64,000 bases of DNA from Oikopleura dioica (Eukaryota > Animalia > Chordata), in the NCBI GenBank assembly GCA_907165135.1, contig OU015566.1:11718001-11782000 (forward strand), given 5' to 3'. Below are positions 36,655-47,587 of this stretch, in pieces (position 1 is the stretch's first letter; each line of letters starts with the position of its first letter). The notes beneath the pieces are model-generated. The model did no database searches and had not been told where the DNA came from. It was given only the letters and a program-made list of their open reading frames with translations. The position numbers and the translations under genes are program-made.

Positions 36655-37045
36655 GTCGTCGTTGATTTTCAATAGTGTCTCGATGCTTGTCGAATGTCTT
36701 TTCAAGCTCTTCAAGCTGTTTCATCTTGAGCTACATTTTCTTCACTTGGAAATCAACAAGGACTGCAACCAGATATCTGATTTTTCTTTCTTCTTGTGAT
36801 GCAAGATGTTTTGCTTTTACAGCGGCAGAAGAAAGAGCTTCTGCGGTGGCCTTTTCGAGTTCCTCGTCGGTCATGTCTGGGTTTTCTTTCTTGGTCGGAG
36901 AAGAGCCTTTGCCTGAAACTTGATTAAAACGATCAGTTACCGCAGCGATGAGCACATTTTGGTTTCCTTTATTGTCCCTGTTCGTAATCGGCTTGTCTTC
37001 CTTGATTTTCTTCTTTGTAAAACGTCGTTGAGTTGATCTGGACCT
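36655..37045 (-). pseudogene. SMARCC: SMARCC (BAF155/170, SWI3) C-terminal coiled-coil fragment with premature stop
   Basis: [50 protein letters not shown] resembles [50 protein letters not shown]. In-frame TAG at 36731-36733. No SWIRM or SANT exons nearby. Confidence 0.85.
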
Positions 37046-37871
37046 AAATGCATAAATTATGATAAGTACTTCACAGCTTCTAGAATCGGGAGGTTGAAGT
37101 TTTGATTTTACGGTTATAACTCACTCCTAAGTTACTGGAGTCTAAAGAGATGACGAAAACTCCGGGCGAGAAGAACAAAAAGGTTGTTGAGAAAGCGAAA
37201 AAACGTGCGAAGAGAAAGCGCGATGATTTGGAAAAGATCTTTCCAGTATCTGAGCCCTTGAGCCCGCTCGAAATCGATGACATGAAGGATATGTCATCAT
37301 ATTCTAATCCGGAGGAAAAGTTCAATTAACTGACATTATCTGATAATTATTTTTCAATTTTTGTCAATTTGATTAAACTTTGAAAGCTTGTTGGCATCCA
37401 GCCTCATTCAAACTTTGGCAACATCTCATTTTACGTTCTCATACTCGGAGGCATTTTCCGGTTCTATCCGAGGAACCCGACAGACAAGGGGTCAAAGAAT
37501 ATGAACAGAATTTTTTTTTTCAGAAGATGTTGTCATCAGACCCTCAACGAACCCTTTAATTGAAGCTAAGAATCTAAGCTACAAGAAAAGATGAATTAAA
37601 AGCCTACTTTTAAGATTTTCATTGATTATTTTGATAGAAAACCAATCAGTACCCGAAAAATAGCCATTTTTATCGAATATTCGCTCTAAAATTTTTTCGC
37701 CTGACTTTAAGGGTATGGTTACAGTAGTTTTTTACGGTGAAAACGTCAAGATAGCTACAGGTTACCCAAACTCTACCTAGGTACCCTTAAGACCCCTGTA
37801 CAGACTTCAAGCGGTTTAAAACCCGCCCGGGAACGCGTCATTACGATGAGGATCATCTGTACCGATGGCGA

Positions 37872-40800
37872 TTGAATTGCAAGTGCCATCGAGGGGTTGC
37901 TGAGAAAAAAAAGGACAAGGAGAAAGGATGTGAAGATGAAAATTCTGCGGAAAAGTTTCCTATTTGCTCATGTTCGATACAAATGTACGGGTACTGTTTG
38001 GATCCCTACAACGAAGATTACTACGACCTTGATAACTGGAAACTCTTGCCGATCAAGAAGCCGCATATAAATGAAAATTACTGTCAAGTGAAGTATACTG
38101 ATATGTGGAACAAGTGGATAGGCACGAGATTATAAATAACAAATTTACCTGATGATCTTGAGGAGAAACCAGTTGACGGTAGTGGTTAATTTGATCTTCT
38201 ATCGCGCTCTAAAAATTTTCATGAGACAATTCTTAATTTTGATTCTTCAAGTAAAAATTAAAACCGTGTTATATGAGTTTGCGGGGATGTGTTTTTTATA
38301 CTGTCCTGTTTCCTGTTTTGCAGATGGTCTCAAAAAGAAATTCCTCTTCCTGTATATGACTATTAGTTATAAAAATTATTTAAATCTCTTAAAAAGCCAC
38401 GCGGATGGCAGATAACGTGACGGGCTCGACGCGGCTCAACATGAAACAATTTAAAGCTGTCATTGGAAAGAATTTTTCAACTGAAATGGATGCTGATCTT
38501 TTTAACGAAAAACGCACGACTAGAATACGACAAAACGCACAGTATCACCTTCATAAATCGATCGTTACCGATGATGAGAGCGTTGTTTGCCAAGCCTACA
38601 GAATGCAAAATTTGAGAGTTTGGTGGTGCGACCCCGTAATGGAAAAATATAGTGGCTCAGTTATGGTTCAGAAAATTGATCTACCTGTTGAAAAGTACTG
38701 TTAGTGGATAACGTTGAGCTTATGAATGTAGTCCAATCCAGAGTTGGTTAAAAAGTATACTTCATATGAGCTTCAGTGATGAAGGAATTCCGAGCCATTT
38801 CGTACTTCAATGCGCTTCAAGAATGAAGGGCGCTCTGCAGAATTTTGTAGCGCAGGGGGAAGTGCACTTTTTCCAGCTCTGGTCCAACCCCTAAAATATA
38901 TTTCTCTGAACTTATAAAAGACAATTTTTATAGGCGCAACACTGTATTTACAACTGAGTACTATTATCGACAATTGTCGCGTGCAACAACGATTTATATC
39001 GGTACCAAATAATCCCTATTGCACTCTGTAGCTTCTATATTAAGATGGCATTTTTTCGATAGCGAATAAATGTGGCGATGTCATGCAGTTGATAGTAATA
39101 TCAGAAGCCGTCAAGCATGGAGAAAATATTTTCAGAGGATTTGGCGTACCGCGTTATTATATTTTGGTTCCGAGTAAATCAAGCGATTGCTACGAACAAA
39201 TTTGGCGAGAGCTAAAGAAGAACACAAATGGAATGCCAAACTTACAGTGCATAGTTACGTAAGTACCTTTGAGATCGTTGGAGAATGAAAGGAAGCGGAC
39301 AGAATTGCGGTCGTGTGCTGGGCGAGAAGGTAGTCGGTAGTTGAACTTTCGCGTGAATCTATTCCCTTCGCAGGAGATCTGCTTCCAGAACTAGCTGCAG
39401 ATAAAATGCTGGTATGATGTTATCAACGCGTGGCTTCGCCATGTCACCTGAAATTCATCCTAAATTTCAAGTGAAAGTGTCTCTCGATTCGCTGAAATTT
39501 TCATAGAAATTGAAGGTTCTCTTCCATGATTTCAGAAATTGAAGAGCTTTCTGGTCTCGGCAGCCTGGATAGAAAACCTGGGTCAGGGACCCTGACTCAG
39601 GGTCTCAGATAATTTTAAATGAAAAGCCGCATAGCGGCTTTTTTAAGAAACGAAGCCGCATCGCGGCTTCGCCAAAATGGAATAATAGGTTGAAAATGAA
39701 TAACCGCTAAAATAAGTTTTTTTGCAAAGCCGCTTTGCGGGTTCGTTTTAAAAAAAGCCGCTACTTAAGATCTTTCGGACCCTGGCTCAGGATTTCTACA
39801 CAGGTTGCGAAGCGCAGTTCTACCTTTGTCGAAAAGAAACGGGTGCCAGGGACAAGATGGTTTCTGCCAGGCGGCGACCAAGTTGTCTAAAACGAAATAA
39901 GGGAGAACGAAGGGACCTGAAAAGCTACCGAGGATTTTGTAGATGACGCTGTTGCGAAAGAGCACATCGGGAAAGAGGACGGCCATGCGCTGTCTGTACT
40001 TCCAGAGCTCCCACTTGACGATCGCTTAGGATCGTCGCCGTCAGCTCCAGCCCGATCGGCGTGAACGTTTGAAGAAAGAATTCCCCAATGTAACCCATCA
40101 CAAATGTGGCTTTCATCAGTACCAGTCGTTTCGACGCGCAATCGGAAGATACGGCCTGCTCAGGACGTATGATCATCGATTTGACGACGATGAAGAAGCT
40201 GGCATGAAATCAAGGAAGAAAAAATCGAAAAAGTCGAAAAAATCAGATACTGGTGGAGTGTGTTCTGAGCTTAAAAAGCTCCTCTACGCAGCGCAATATT
40301 TTCCCTTGGGAACTGAGCGTATCAGAGTCGCCTATATCGACCTAATTCAGCAGCAGATTGATGGATTGAAACTCAAGGGTCAAGCTGCTGATTGGGATTC
40401 CTTCATGCGCTACTTGTTGCAAACATATTTCGCCACTGATGCTACATTCCCACCAGATTCATGGGCAGATATTTCAGCGCGGAGAATACGAAATGGCGCA
40501 GGAATGTTTAGATAAGCTCATTTGAGAACAAATTTGAAATCTTACCTTTGTAACGTTTTGTTTCCAGCTTTTTGTTGTCGCGCGCTGATGCGTTTTTCAT
40601 ACTTGTGATAGACCAATTCGATGAAGCTATCGCACCTAAAGCAGAAATCAATTCGATTGTCAGTTAATATAATTGTATGTTGAGTAATATAAGCCCTTAT
40701 TCTTGCATATAAACTAGAAAAGTTGATCAAACGAATAATATTTCCGAATCCGGAAATGCGAGCTTGCTACGGGGCGTCGAGCGAAGGCCTGATTTCGGTG

Positions 40801-41115
40801 GGCTTTGCAGTATCATTTACAACCATGGCAAACAAGCTCTATCCGATGAAATGGACTACGTGAATCATGGAAAATTGCCGCTCATGACATTGAAACGAAC
40901 TGGGTTGAAGTGGCTGGTTCAAGTTGAAGCTGTCCGTGAATTCGATAAAGGAACCGATAGGCGTTCCATAACTGACCCGATAAATATTTGCGACAATGAA
41001 TTAAAGAAGAAAATTGTTAAATGCGCATCAAAACTGTATGGCGCCGCGAATCGAGTAAAATCAATTCTCATGGAAAAAGACAAGCTCGACGCTTTTATTG
41101 CCAACCTTGACCGGG
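37872..41115 (+). mobile_element. Mutator/MULE-family DDE transposase gene (spliced, possibly interrupted)
   Basis: DGIFS..QLIVI..VPRYYILVPSKSSDCYEQIW (D at 39044), FPNVTHHKCGFH (CxxH, 40105-40116) and TNNISESGNASL (E at 40746) are MULE signature motifs. The second Asp was not resolved, and 39260-40060 contains repeats. Confidence 0.85.
39620..39770. repeat. Cluster of AAGCCGC-n3/4-GCGGCTT mini-palindromes (MITE-like insertion in the transposase gene)
   Basis: AAAAGCCGCATAGCGGCTTTT, GAAGCCGCATCGCGGCTTC and related copies. The same motif occurs at 43758 and 43919. Confidence 0.65.
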
Positions 41116-41206
41116 TAATTACCTTGAAAATAGAAGAATCGTTTCCTTTGAAATTTCATCTGCAAATCCAGTTGCTCGTTGACGTTGTAACTAAAAGAAA
41201 TTTTAG

Positions 41207-42320
41207 TCCGATAAAGTGGTTATGTCCTTTTTGGATTCTTTGGATCTGGATCTTGATGGACGAGCCCCTGAACCCATGCCAAAAAAAATTGTTGAAATCA
41301 AGGAAGAAAATATCGAAAACGCTGAATCGGAGAAGAAAGAAGACGATTTCGGTGAGAAAGTCGACTACGATGCAGGGGAAAGCGGATCAAAAATGGATAA
41401 AAAACTAATTGATTTGGAGGAAGCCGCTGATCCTGTCATCATCGTTGACGATGTTCAAGAAGAACGATTTGTGCATCTCGACGAAGCTTATTTTAATAAC
41501 GAAGACATCCAAGAGCTAAAAAAAGGAGAAACTTTCAAATTGCCGTTGAATGCAGATGACTGTCGATCGATGCTTATTGAACTGTCAACGCTTCATGAAG
41601 AACAATTACTGATTACCTATGATCGCGAAGAAATCAGACGTAAACATCTGAATGGTTTAATTGAAGGAAAAATTAAAAACTATTTGGCATATTTAGATTC
41701 CTCGAGTTCTGAGGATCATTTTGATATATATCAGTACTCCTATAAATTTTAATTCAAAAAAAAGAGGATGGGCTAGTGGACAGCCATAACATCGATTTGT
41801 TCTTTGGCTTGCTCGAAAGATATGCCAAGCAGAATAACGTTGAAGTCAAGTTTTACAACCATCTTTTCTGGTCAATTGCTATCAAGGAGATGGATTTACA
41901 GCATTTTCATCCAATCGATTTGCCAAAAAAAGCAGTTTTTCCGATGTTCGTTGATACAAAATGTAAAACAGGTCATTGGATGTTAGGAGCGGAACTCAAA
42001 AAAATTTGTTAGAAAACTCTCTCATAATGATGCTTACTTCAAGTTTCTAAAAACTAAAAATGATTTCCATGAAAGCATGTATCACAAAAGATGAAAAATG
42101 CATCGACTTTTTCTGCTCAACGAATTCAAGGAGACCCTCTATCCCGCAATTTTTCTATGGTTGGCTCGAAAAGGGTGGAATGGTCCAATCTGAATGGAAG
42201 CATAGATACAACAAAGTTGACGCACAAAAACCGAATTGTTGCGGGGTTAATGTTTCATTTTTGGGAGTCATTGTTGGTCTTTTGGGCAGGGAACACTGTT
42301 TAAACAAGGAAGAGATTTAA
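41207..42320 (+). CDS. Ulp1/SENP-like (C48) cysteine protease region with acidic linker, element-encoded
   Basis: LVDSHNIDLFFGLL..FYNHLFW..AVFP..GHWML (His at 41974)..IDFFCS..W..QKPNCCGV (nucleophile Cys). An in-frame GT-AG splice 41115->41207 links the linker to the transposase frame. Confidence 0.75.
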
Positions 42321-42940
42321 ATGTTTTCATTTACCTGGTTTATTTTTGAAGAACCGTTGAATTTGATTCGATAGACGACCATGAAAAGCTAAAAAATAAT
42401 TAATCTCTGATAAGCTCAATTATTCAGCAATCACTTTGCGAGGAAATCTTGTGGCCTGCATATTGAAAAAGAATCTTCAAATTTTCAGTTAAATCTTGTG
42501 CACTCTTCAGATTCACTTTTATCAACTCAGCGCTAGTTCCTGGCGCTTCACTTTTTATTCTTTTTATTTTAATCTTGAAGCCGCAAGCAGCTTTTCGATT
42601 TTCAAAAATTTTTGACAAATAAATTTTGATTTACTTGACTTACAAATTGACTAGAACTGGTAGATGATTGTAACGGCAAGAAGAATACCTTGATTGCTTG
42701 TGAATGAGAATTCTTGTGTTGTTGATATCTTACCGGTTCCGGATCCAATAGCACCAAGACCATCGGCCATGACTGAGAGAGCATCAATGCACATTTCTCC
42801 GAACCAAGCGGCAGTGGGGATGTATCTGAAAGCAGTAGTTAGAGGTTAATTCCTGTGGGAGGGACTCATTTAGAAGTATTATCGGTACCGCCGAATCATT
42901 TTAGGCCTTTGAAAGCTGCTCGCTCTCAAGTGAGCCGCTC

Positions 42941-43181
42941 AGAGCCGTTACAAAATTACCGGGGCAAACTTACTATTGCTCTAGCGCATAGGGGTTACAT
43001 TGACGTAGCCCAAGACATCTTTATACGGATCGATGGAGAATCTCAAGCTCTATGCCTGTATCATCTCAGATTTTCGAGATCTCAAAAATTTTCGGATTTA
43101 TGGCGATTTTTCATTTTTCAAAGGGCTACGTGTCCCTAATTCAGCCAATCACATTTGCCCCGGTAAATTTGTAACGTCTCT
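42941..43181. mobile_element. MITE, ~240 bp
   Basis: 28-bp TIRs AGAGCCGTTACAAAATTACCGGGGCAAA (42941-42968 / 43154-43181, 2 mismatches). Internal inverted ACGTAGCCC/GGGCTACGT. Possible 8-bp TSD TGAG(C/T)CGC lying 2 nt outside each end. Confidence 0.7.
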
Positions 43182-43757
43182 CATGAGTCGCGAAATTATT
43201 TAACTCTGAATGGAGCTCAAAATCCTCGTTGATTTCAGCTCGCTTTGTCTTTTTACCTTGGAAGTAGATGACGATGAGGAAAACAAGGACGGTAGCAAGG
43301 AGATTCAACAAGTGTGGCAAGTTCTATCGGTAGAAAGATTCGTTGAGCGCCTGGACATTGTCCTGCTTGGTCGCCAAAAGATGGAAGGGAGCAACGACAA
43401 CGCCTTCGAATTCAGTTCCTCGGCTGAGGTTGACGGTGGTGGGAGAAAAGGCCTTCCAGACGATGGTTTCGTAGATGTTGGTGGCGATGAAGAGGGAGAT
43501 ACCGGAGCCCAAACCGTAGCCTCTTGCGAGGAGCTTGTCGAGGAGTAGAACGATCATTCCGGCGACGAAGAGTTGGATGACGATCAAGCAGCAGATTCCA
43601 GTGCGTTTTTGAGCAGAGTCACCGTACATTGTTGTCAAAACGTTGACGACAGCCTTGCCGAGGGTCATGATCATTCCGAAGAGTTTCTTGGCGCCGGAGA
43701 AAAGAGCTCTGAAATTTAATTGTTGAAGCGATTTTCAATAAATAAGAAATTGCGCGA

Positions 43758-43936
43758 GAAGCCGCTTGCGGCTTCGAGTACCTTCAAAATAAAGCTTCGC
43801 AAAGCATGGCACTTTGTTTCTGAACTCAAAAAGCTGTGTGGAAACCTGAGTCGGGGTCCTGAAAAAGCCTAAGACAAAAGAGCCGTATTTTGCGCGGCTA
43901 ACATTTTCTATTTGACTCGAAGCCGCAAGCGGCTTC
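43758..43936. mobile_element. MITE-like element, 179 bp, in a Sec61 pseudogene intron
   Basis: Perfect 22-bp inverted repeat GAAGCCGCTTGCGGCTTCGAGT (43758-43779 / 43915-43936); each arm is itself a hairpin. No TSD identified. Confidence 0.65.
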
Positions 43937-44837
43937 TTGATTTCAAAGGGAAAGTATTTGTAAGCTTACCGTTTTTTGCTTGTGTCTCCAACTTCGATAA
44001 TTTTAGCTCCAGCGGGCAGCTGCGTTACCAAACCAGAAGTGACGATGGGAGAAATACCAAGTTCCATGAGAGTACAGTTCGATCACATCGATCTCGCCAA
44101 CACATTTACGAACCTTAATGACCACTTTGGTGACCCATTTGCATGGGTCCCATGATTCAAATTATTTTTAAAAATAGTTAAGATAAAAGAAAATAAATTT
44201 TTTGCTCGATTTTCACACAGGAAACAAAACAGGACTGGTCTGTATGGCTGGAAATAGAGTCAGATCTGCCGAAAAATACTGGGCTGTAACAAATAACAGA
44301 TTCAGAATCAAAATTCAAAATTATGAAAAAAAGGAAGGAATTTTATCAATTTGTCTTTTTCTTCTTTTTCTTCAATTTCTTCTCGATTTCCGCTCTTTCA
44401 TCAAGTGTGAGAGAATTTCGTTGAATCTGTCCATTTCTGAGTCCGACATCTGAAAAAAATAAACAATTAAGCGTTGCTTATGAGAAGGGAAACGCCAATA
44501 AAAATAAATTGTCAGTCAAAAAAGCTCTGGTATGTTTTTTCTATGAGGATGAAATTATTCTCTATTTCATGATTCTTCGCTTTTTCGAAATAAAATGAGT
44601 AACGCTCGCGAGAGTCGGGCGCGCCCACTCACGCGCGGGCGCGGCAAATTCAAAATAAATCGATGAAAAATGTCAAGAATGATCGTAGAAAGTCAGTTTT
44701 AAGGAGGGAATTGGTAATTTAACAAAAAGAAAAATTTGAGAAAAAAAAATTTTTGGCTCGGAGGGGGGTGAAAAATTCTATCAATCTGAGGCTCAATTTA
44801 ATCGTTCAATTATTTTTTTTTGGAAAAAAATCTCGAA

Positions 44838-44985
44838 ACCATGTAAAAATCAACAAAATGACTGATATCATGTAAAAACGCAAAGCATGTAAACAAAAAT
44901 ATTTGCATGCTTTGCATTTTTACATGCTTTCAATTGTTTTTCAATATTTACATGAATTCATTTTTACATGATTTACAGCAATCCC
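44838..44985. repeat. Second CATGTAAAA-motif cluster, abutting the SL/5S palindrome
   Basis: Three forward and four reverse CATG(T/C)AAA motifs; same family as 35943-36160. Confidence 0.75.
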
Positions 44986-45125
44986 CAGCATTTCGGCTGA
45001 GAAAATGCGCCCTCTATTTGCAGTAGACTATTGGCAATAGTCTATTGCGCGCTTTTCTGAAAAAATGCCGTAAATAGGAGCGTGCAGCGACAAAACGGCC
45101 TCGAAATCAAGCATCCGTATCCTTT

Positions 45126-45218
45126 ACTCATCCCATTTTTGAGTCCGATTTCGATTGTCTAACAGGTAGGAATCGTCTCCATGCCCACTCCTCCCTCCTC
45201 CTCTCGCCTCTTACAAAC
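45126..45218 (+). ncRNA. Spliced-leader (SL) RNA gene
   Basis: 45126-45165 = ACTCATCCCATTTTTGAGTCCGATTTCGATTGTCTAACAG, the 40-nt O. dioica SL exon, followed directly by a GT donor. The 3' end is estimated. Confidence 0.93.
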
Positions 45219-45450
45219 CCGGAGTCCAACTAACATTTATCAGGCAGTTCGTGCGTTCTCTTGATTGAAAGTTCACTAATCTGGAGCTTAACTATCGTCT
45301 TAAGATCTATAGATAGCATATGCGAAAGATCTTCGTTCATTCCTTTCTTACCTGACTTATGGAAATCGTATAGATACGGTATTAACCTGCAATAAAAATA
45401 ATCCTGATTAAAAAATTTGCTATATAACCTGGCTAGAACCAGCCACCTTC

Positions 45451-45570
45451 GCTTAGCGTCATACCGCGTAGAATAAACCAGTTCTCGTCCGATCACTGAA
45501 GTCAAACTACGACGGGCGGGGTTAGTACTTACATGGGTGACCGGTTGGGAATACCTCGTGCGCTAAGCAT
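45451..45570 (+). rRNA. 5S rRNA
   Basis: 120 nt with complementary ends (GCTTAGCG..CGCTAAGC) and conserved CATACC, TCTCGTCCGATC, GAAG, GGTTAGTACT, TGGGAATAC motifs. Upstream TATATAA at 45421; T-run terminator. Confidence 0.95.
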
Positions 45571-45804
45571 TTTGACTTTTTTGCAAACGAGAAGTATCTT
45601 TTTCCCTGCAGGTACACTTTTGCATTAAAAATAACACAAAACAATTGTTGAAAATCAATTCAACAGTCATTGAAAAAGTTTGCGCTCAGCAAGCATTGAG
45701 CGCTGAGTCTGGCTGGCGGGCGGCGTGGCATTTGGGAAAAAGCGCCCTCCACCGCGCGCTTTTCTGAAAAGAGGCCGAAAATAGGAGCGTGCAGCGACAA
45801 AACG

Positions 45805-45897
45805 TCCGATCAAATTTTTGAGTCCGATTTCGATTGTCTAACAGGTAAGAATCGTCTCCATGCCTTCTCTCTCCTATCCCTCTCGCCTCTCACACAC
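45805..45897 (+). ncRNA. Variant or degenerate SL RNA copy
   Basis: The last 31 nt of the leader and the GT donor are conserved. The first 9 nt are TCCGATCAA instead of ACTCATCCC, and the 28-bp promoter-proximal spacer is missing. Confidence 0.6.
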
Positions 45898-46439
45898 AAG
45901 TAAAATGACTCAAAAGCCGCGCTTTTTTCGAGGATAAGGAAGTTTTTTTTTATGGTTCCTGGATTTAATTACCCCACTTCCAACTTTTTACACCTGGAAC
46001 ATCATACAGATTTGGAATCAGCAGAAAAAATCTAGAACTCTGACCCTTTTAGGTTTCCAAAAATCACTTCCGGTTGGGATTCTAGAGCCGGAAGTTGGCG
46101 AAATTTATGAGAATGGCATGCATGTGATCTATCAAATCGAAGCTTATTTAGCTTCGATTTAATTCCTCTTTCAAGTGACTGGAAATGTTCTAAGCTTCGA
46201 TTTGATAGATCACATGCATGCCATTCTCATAAATTTCGCCAACTTCCGGCTCTAGAATCCCAACCGGAAGTGATTTTTGGAAACCTAAAAGGGTCAGAGT
46301 TCTAGATTTTTTCTGCTGATTCCAAATCTGTATGATGTTCCAGGTGTAAAAAGTTGGAAGTGGGGTAATTAAATCAAGGAACCATAAAAAAAAACTTCCT
46401 TATCCTCGAAAAAAGCGCGGCTTTTGAGTCATTTTACTT

Positions 46440-46532
46440 GTGTGTGAGAGGCGAGAGGGATAGGAGAGAGAAGGCATGGAGACGATTCTTACCTGTTAGA
46501 CAATCGAAATCGGACTCAAAAATTTGATCGGA
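46440..46532 (-). ncRNA. Variant or degenerate SL RNA copy (mirror arm)
   Basis: Reverse complement of 45805-45897. Confidence 0.6.
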
Positions 46533-46766
46533 CGTTTTGTCGCTGCACGCTCCTATTTTCGGCCTCTTTTCAGAAAAGCGCGCGGTGGAGGGCGCTTTTT
46601 CCCAAATGCCACGCCGCCCGCCAGCCAGACTCAGCGCTCAATGCTTGCTGAGCGCAAACTTTTTCAATGACTGTTGAATTGATTTTCAACAATTGTTTTG
46701 TGTTATTTTTAATGCAAAAGTGTACCTGCAGGGAAAAAGATACTTCTCGTTTGCAAAAAAGTCAAA

Positions 46767-46886
46767 ATGCTTAGCGCACGAGGTATTCCCAACCGGTCAC
46801 CCATGTAAGTACTAACCCCGCCCGTCGTAGTTTGACTTCAGTGATCGGACGAGAACTGGTTTATTCTACGCGGTATGACGCTAAGC
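46767..46886 (-). rRNA. 5S rRNA (mirror arm)
   Basis: Reverse complement of 45451-45570. Confidence 0.95.
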
Positions 46887-47118
46887 GAAGGTGGCTGGTT
46901 CTAGCCAGGTTATATAGCAAATTTTTTAATCAGGATTATTTTTATTGCAGGTTAATACCGTATCTATACGATTTCCATAAGTCAGGTAAGAAAGGAATGA
47001 ACGAAGATCTTTCGCATATGCTATCTATAGATCTTAAGACGATAGTTAAGCTCCAGATTAGTGAACTTTCAATCAAGAGAACGCACGAACTGCCTGATAA
47101 ATGTTAGTTGGACTCCGG

Positions 47119-47211
47119 GTTTGTAAGAGGCGAGAGGAGGAGGGAGGAGTGGGCATGGAGACGATTCCTACCTGTTAGACAATCGAAATCGGACTCAAAA
47201 ATGGGATGAGT
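47119..47211 (-). ncRNA. Spliced-leader (SL) RNA gene (mirror arm)
   Basis: The leader at 47172-47211 is the reverse complement of 45126-45165. Confidence 0.93.
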
Positions 47212-47587
47212 AAAGGATACGGATGCTTGATTTCGAGGCCGTTTTGTCGCTGCACGCTCCTATTTACGGCATTTTTTCAGAAAAGCGCGCAATAGACTAT
47301 TGCCAATAGTCTACTGCAAATAGAGGGCGCATTTTCTCAGCCGAAATGCTGCTGCCAGGCAAGCTTCGCTCTCAATGCTAATTTCGCAAAAATCGTGATT
47401 CTTTCGATTACTGATAGTAGTTAACGAGTTATCTCATGTGAAAATCTTCTTCTTACATTATGTACTAATAAAATGAGCAACAAAACAGATCTGATGGTAA
47501 AAATCGCTACGCATCAGGCTCGTTGTGAGTTCCTGTTAAAATTTATTCGTGAACTGTGGCAGTGGAAAAGTGAACAAAATAATTTAT

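Larger units (their letters stand above)
42640..44090 (-). pseudogene. SEC61A: Sec61-alpha pseudogene: 5'-truncated, internally deleted, premature stops, introns retained
   Basis: [26 protein letters not shown]; [39 protein letters not shown] (TAG 43324-43326 at a conserved Gln); [16 protein letters not shown]; [11 protein letters not shown]. Roughly 150 central residues are absent. Confidence 0.9.
44986..47351. repeat. Near-perfect 2,366-bp palindrome (1,161-bp arms, 44-bp spacer 46147-46190)
   Basis: Paired positions sum to 92337 (e.g. mirrored ORFs 45230..45505 and 46832..47107). One mismatch was noticed (45961/46376). Confidence 0.97.

Noticed and set aside
36731-43326. In-frame TAG at conserved Glu/Gln positions in SMARCC and Sec61 as possible codon reassignment or suppression
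   Set aside because: Both fragments are also truncated, and the Sec61 copy has further lesions. Intact genes such as the 946-codon DIP2 exon have no internal TAG, and TAG terminates normal genes (e.g. at 15846-15848).
45230-47107. Identical 91-aa ORFs at 45230..45505 (-) and 46832..47107 (+)
   Set aside because: They are antisense to the 5S genes and duplicated only because of the palindrome.
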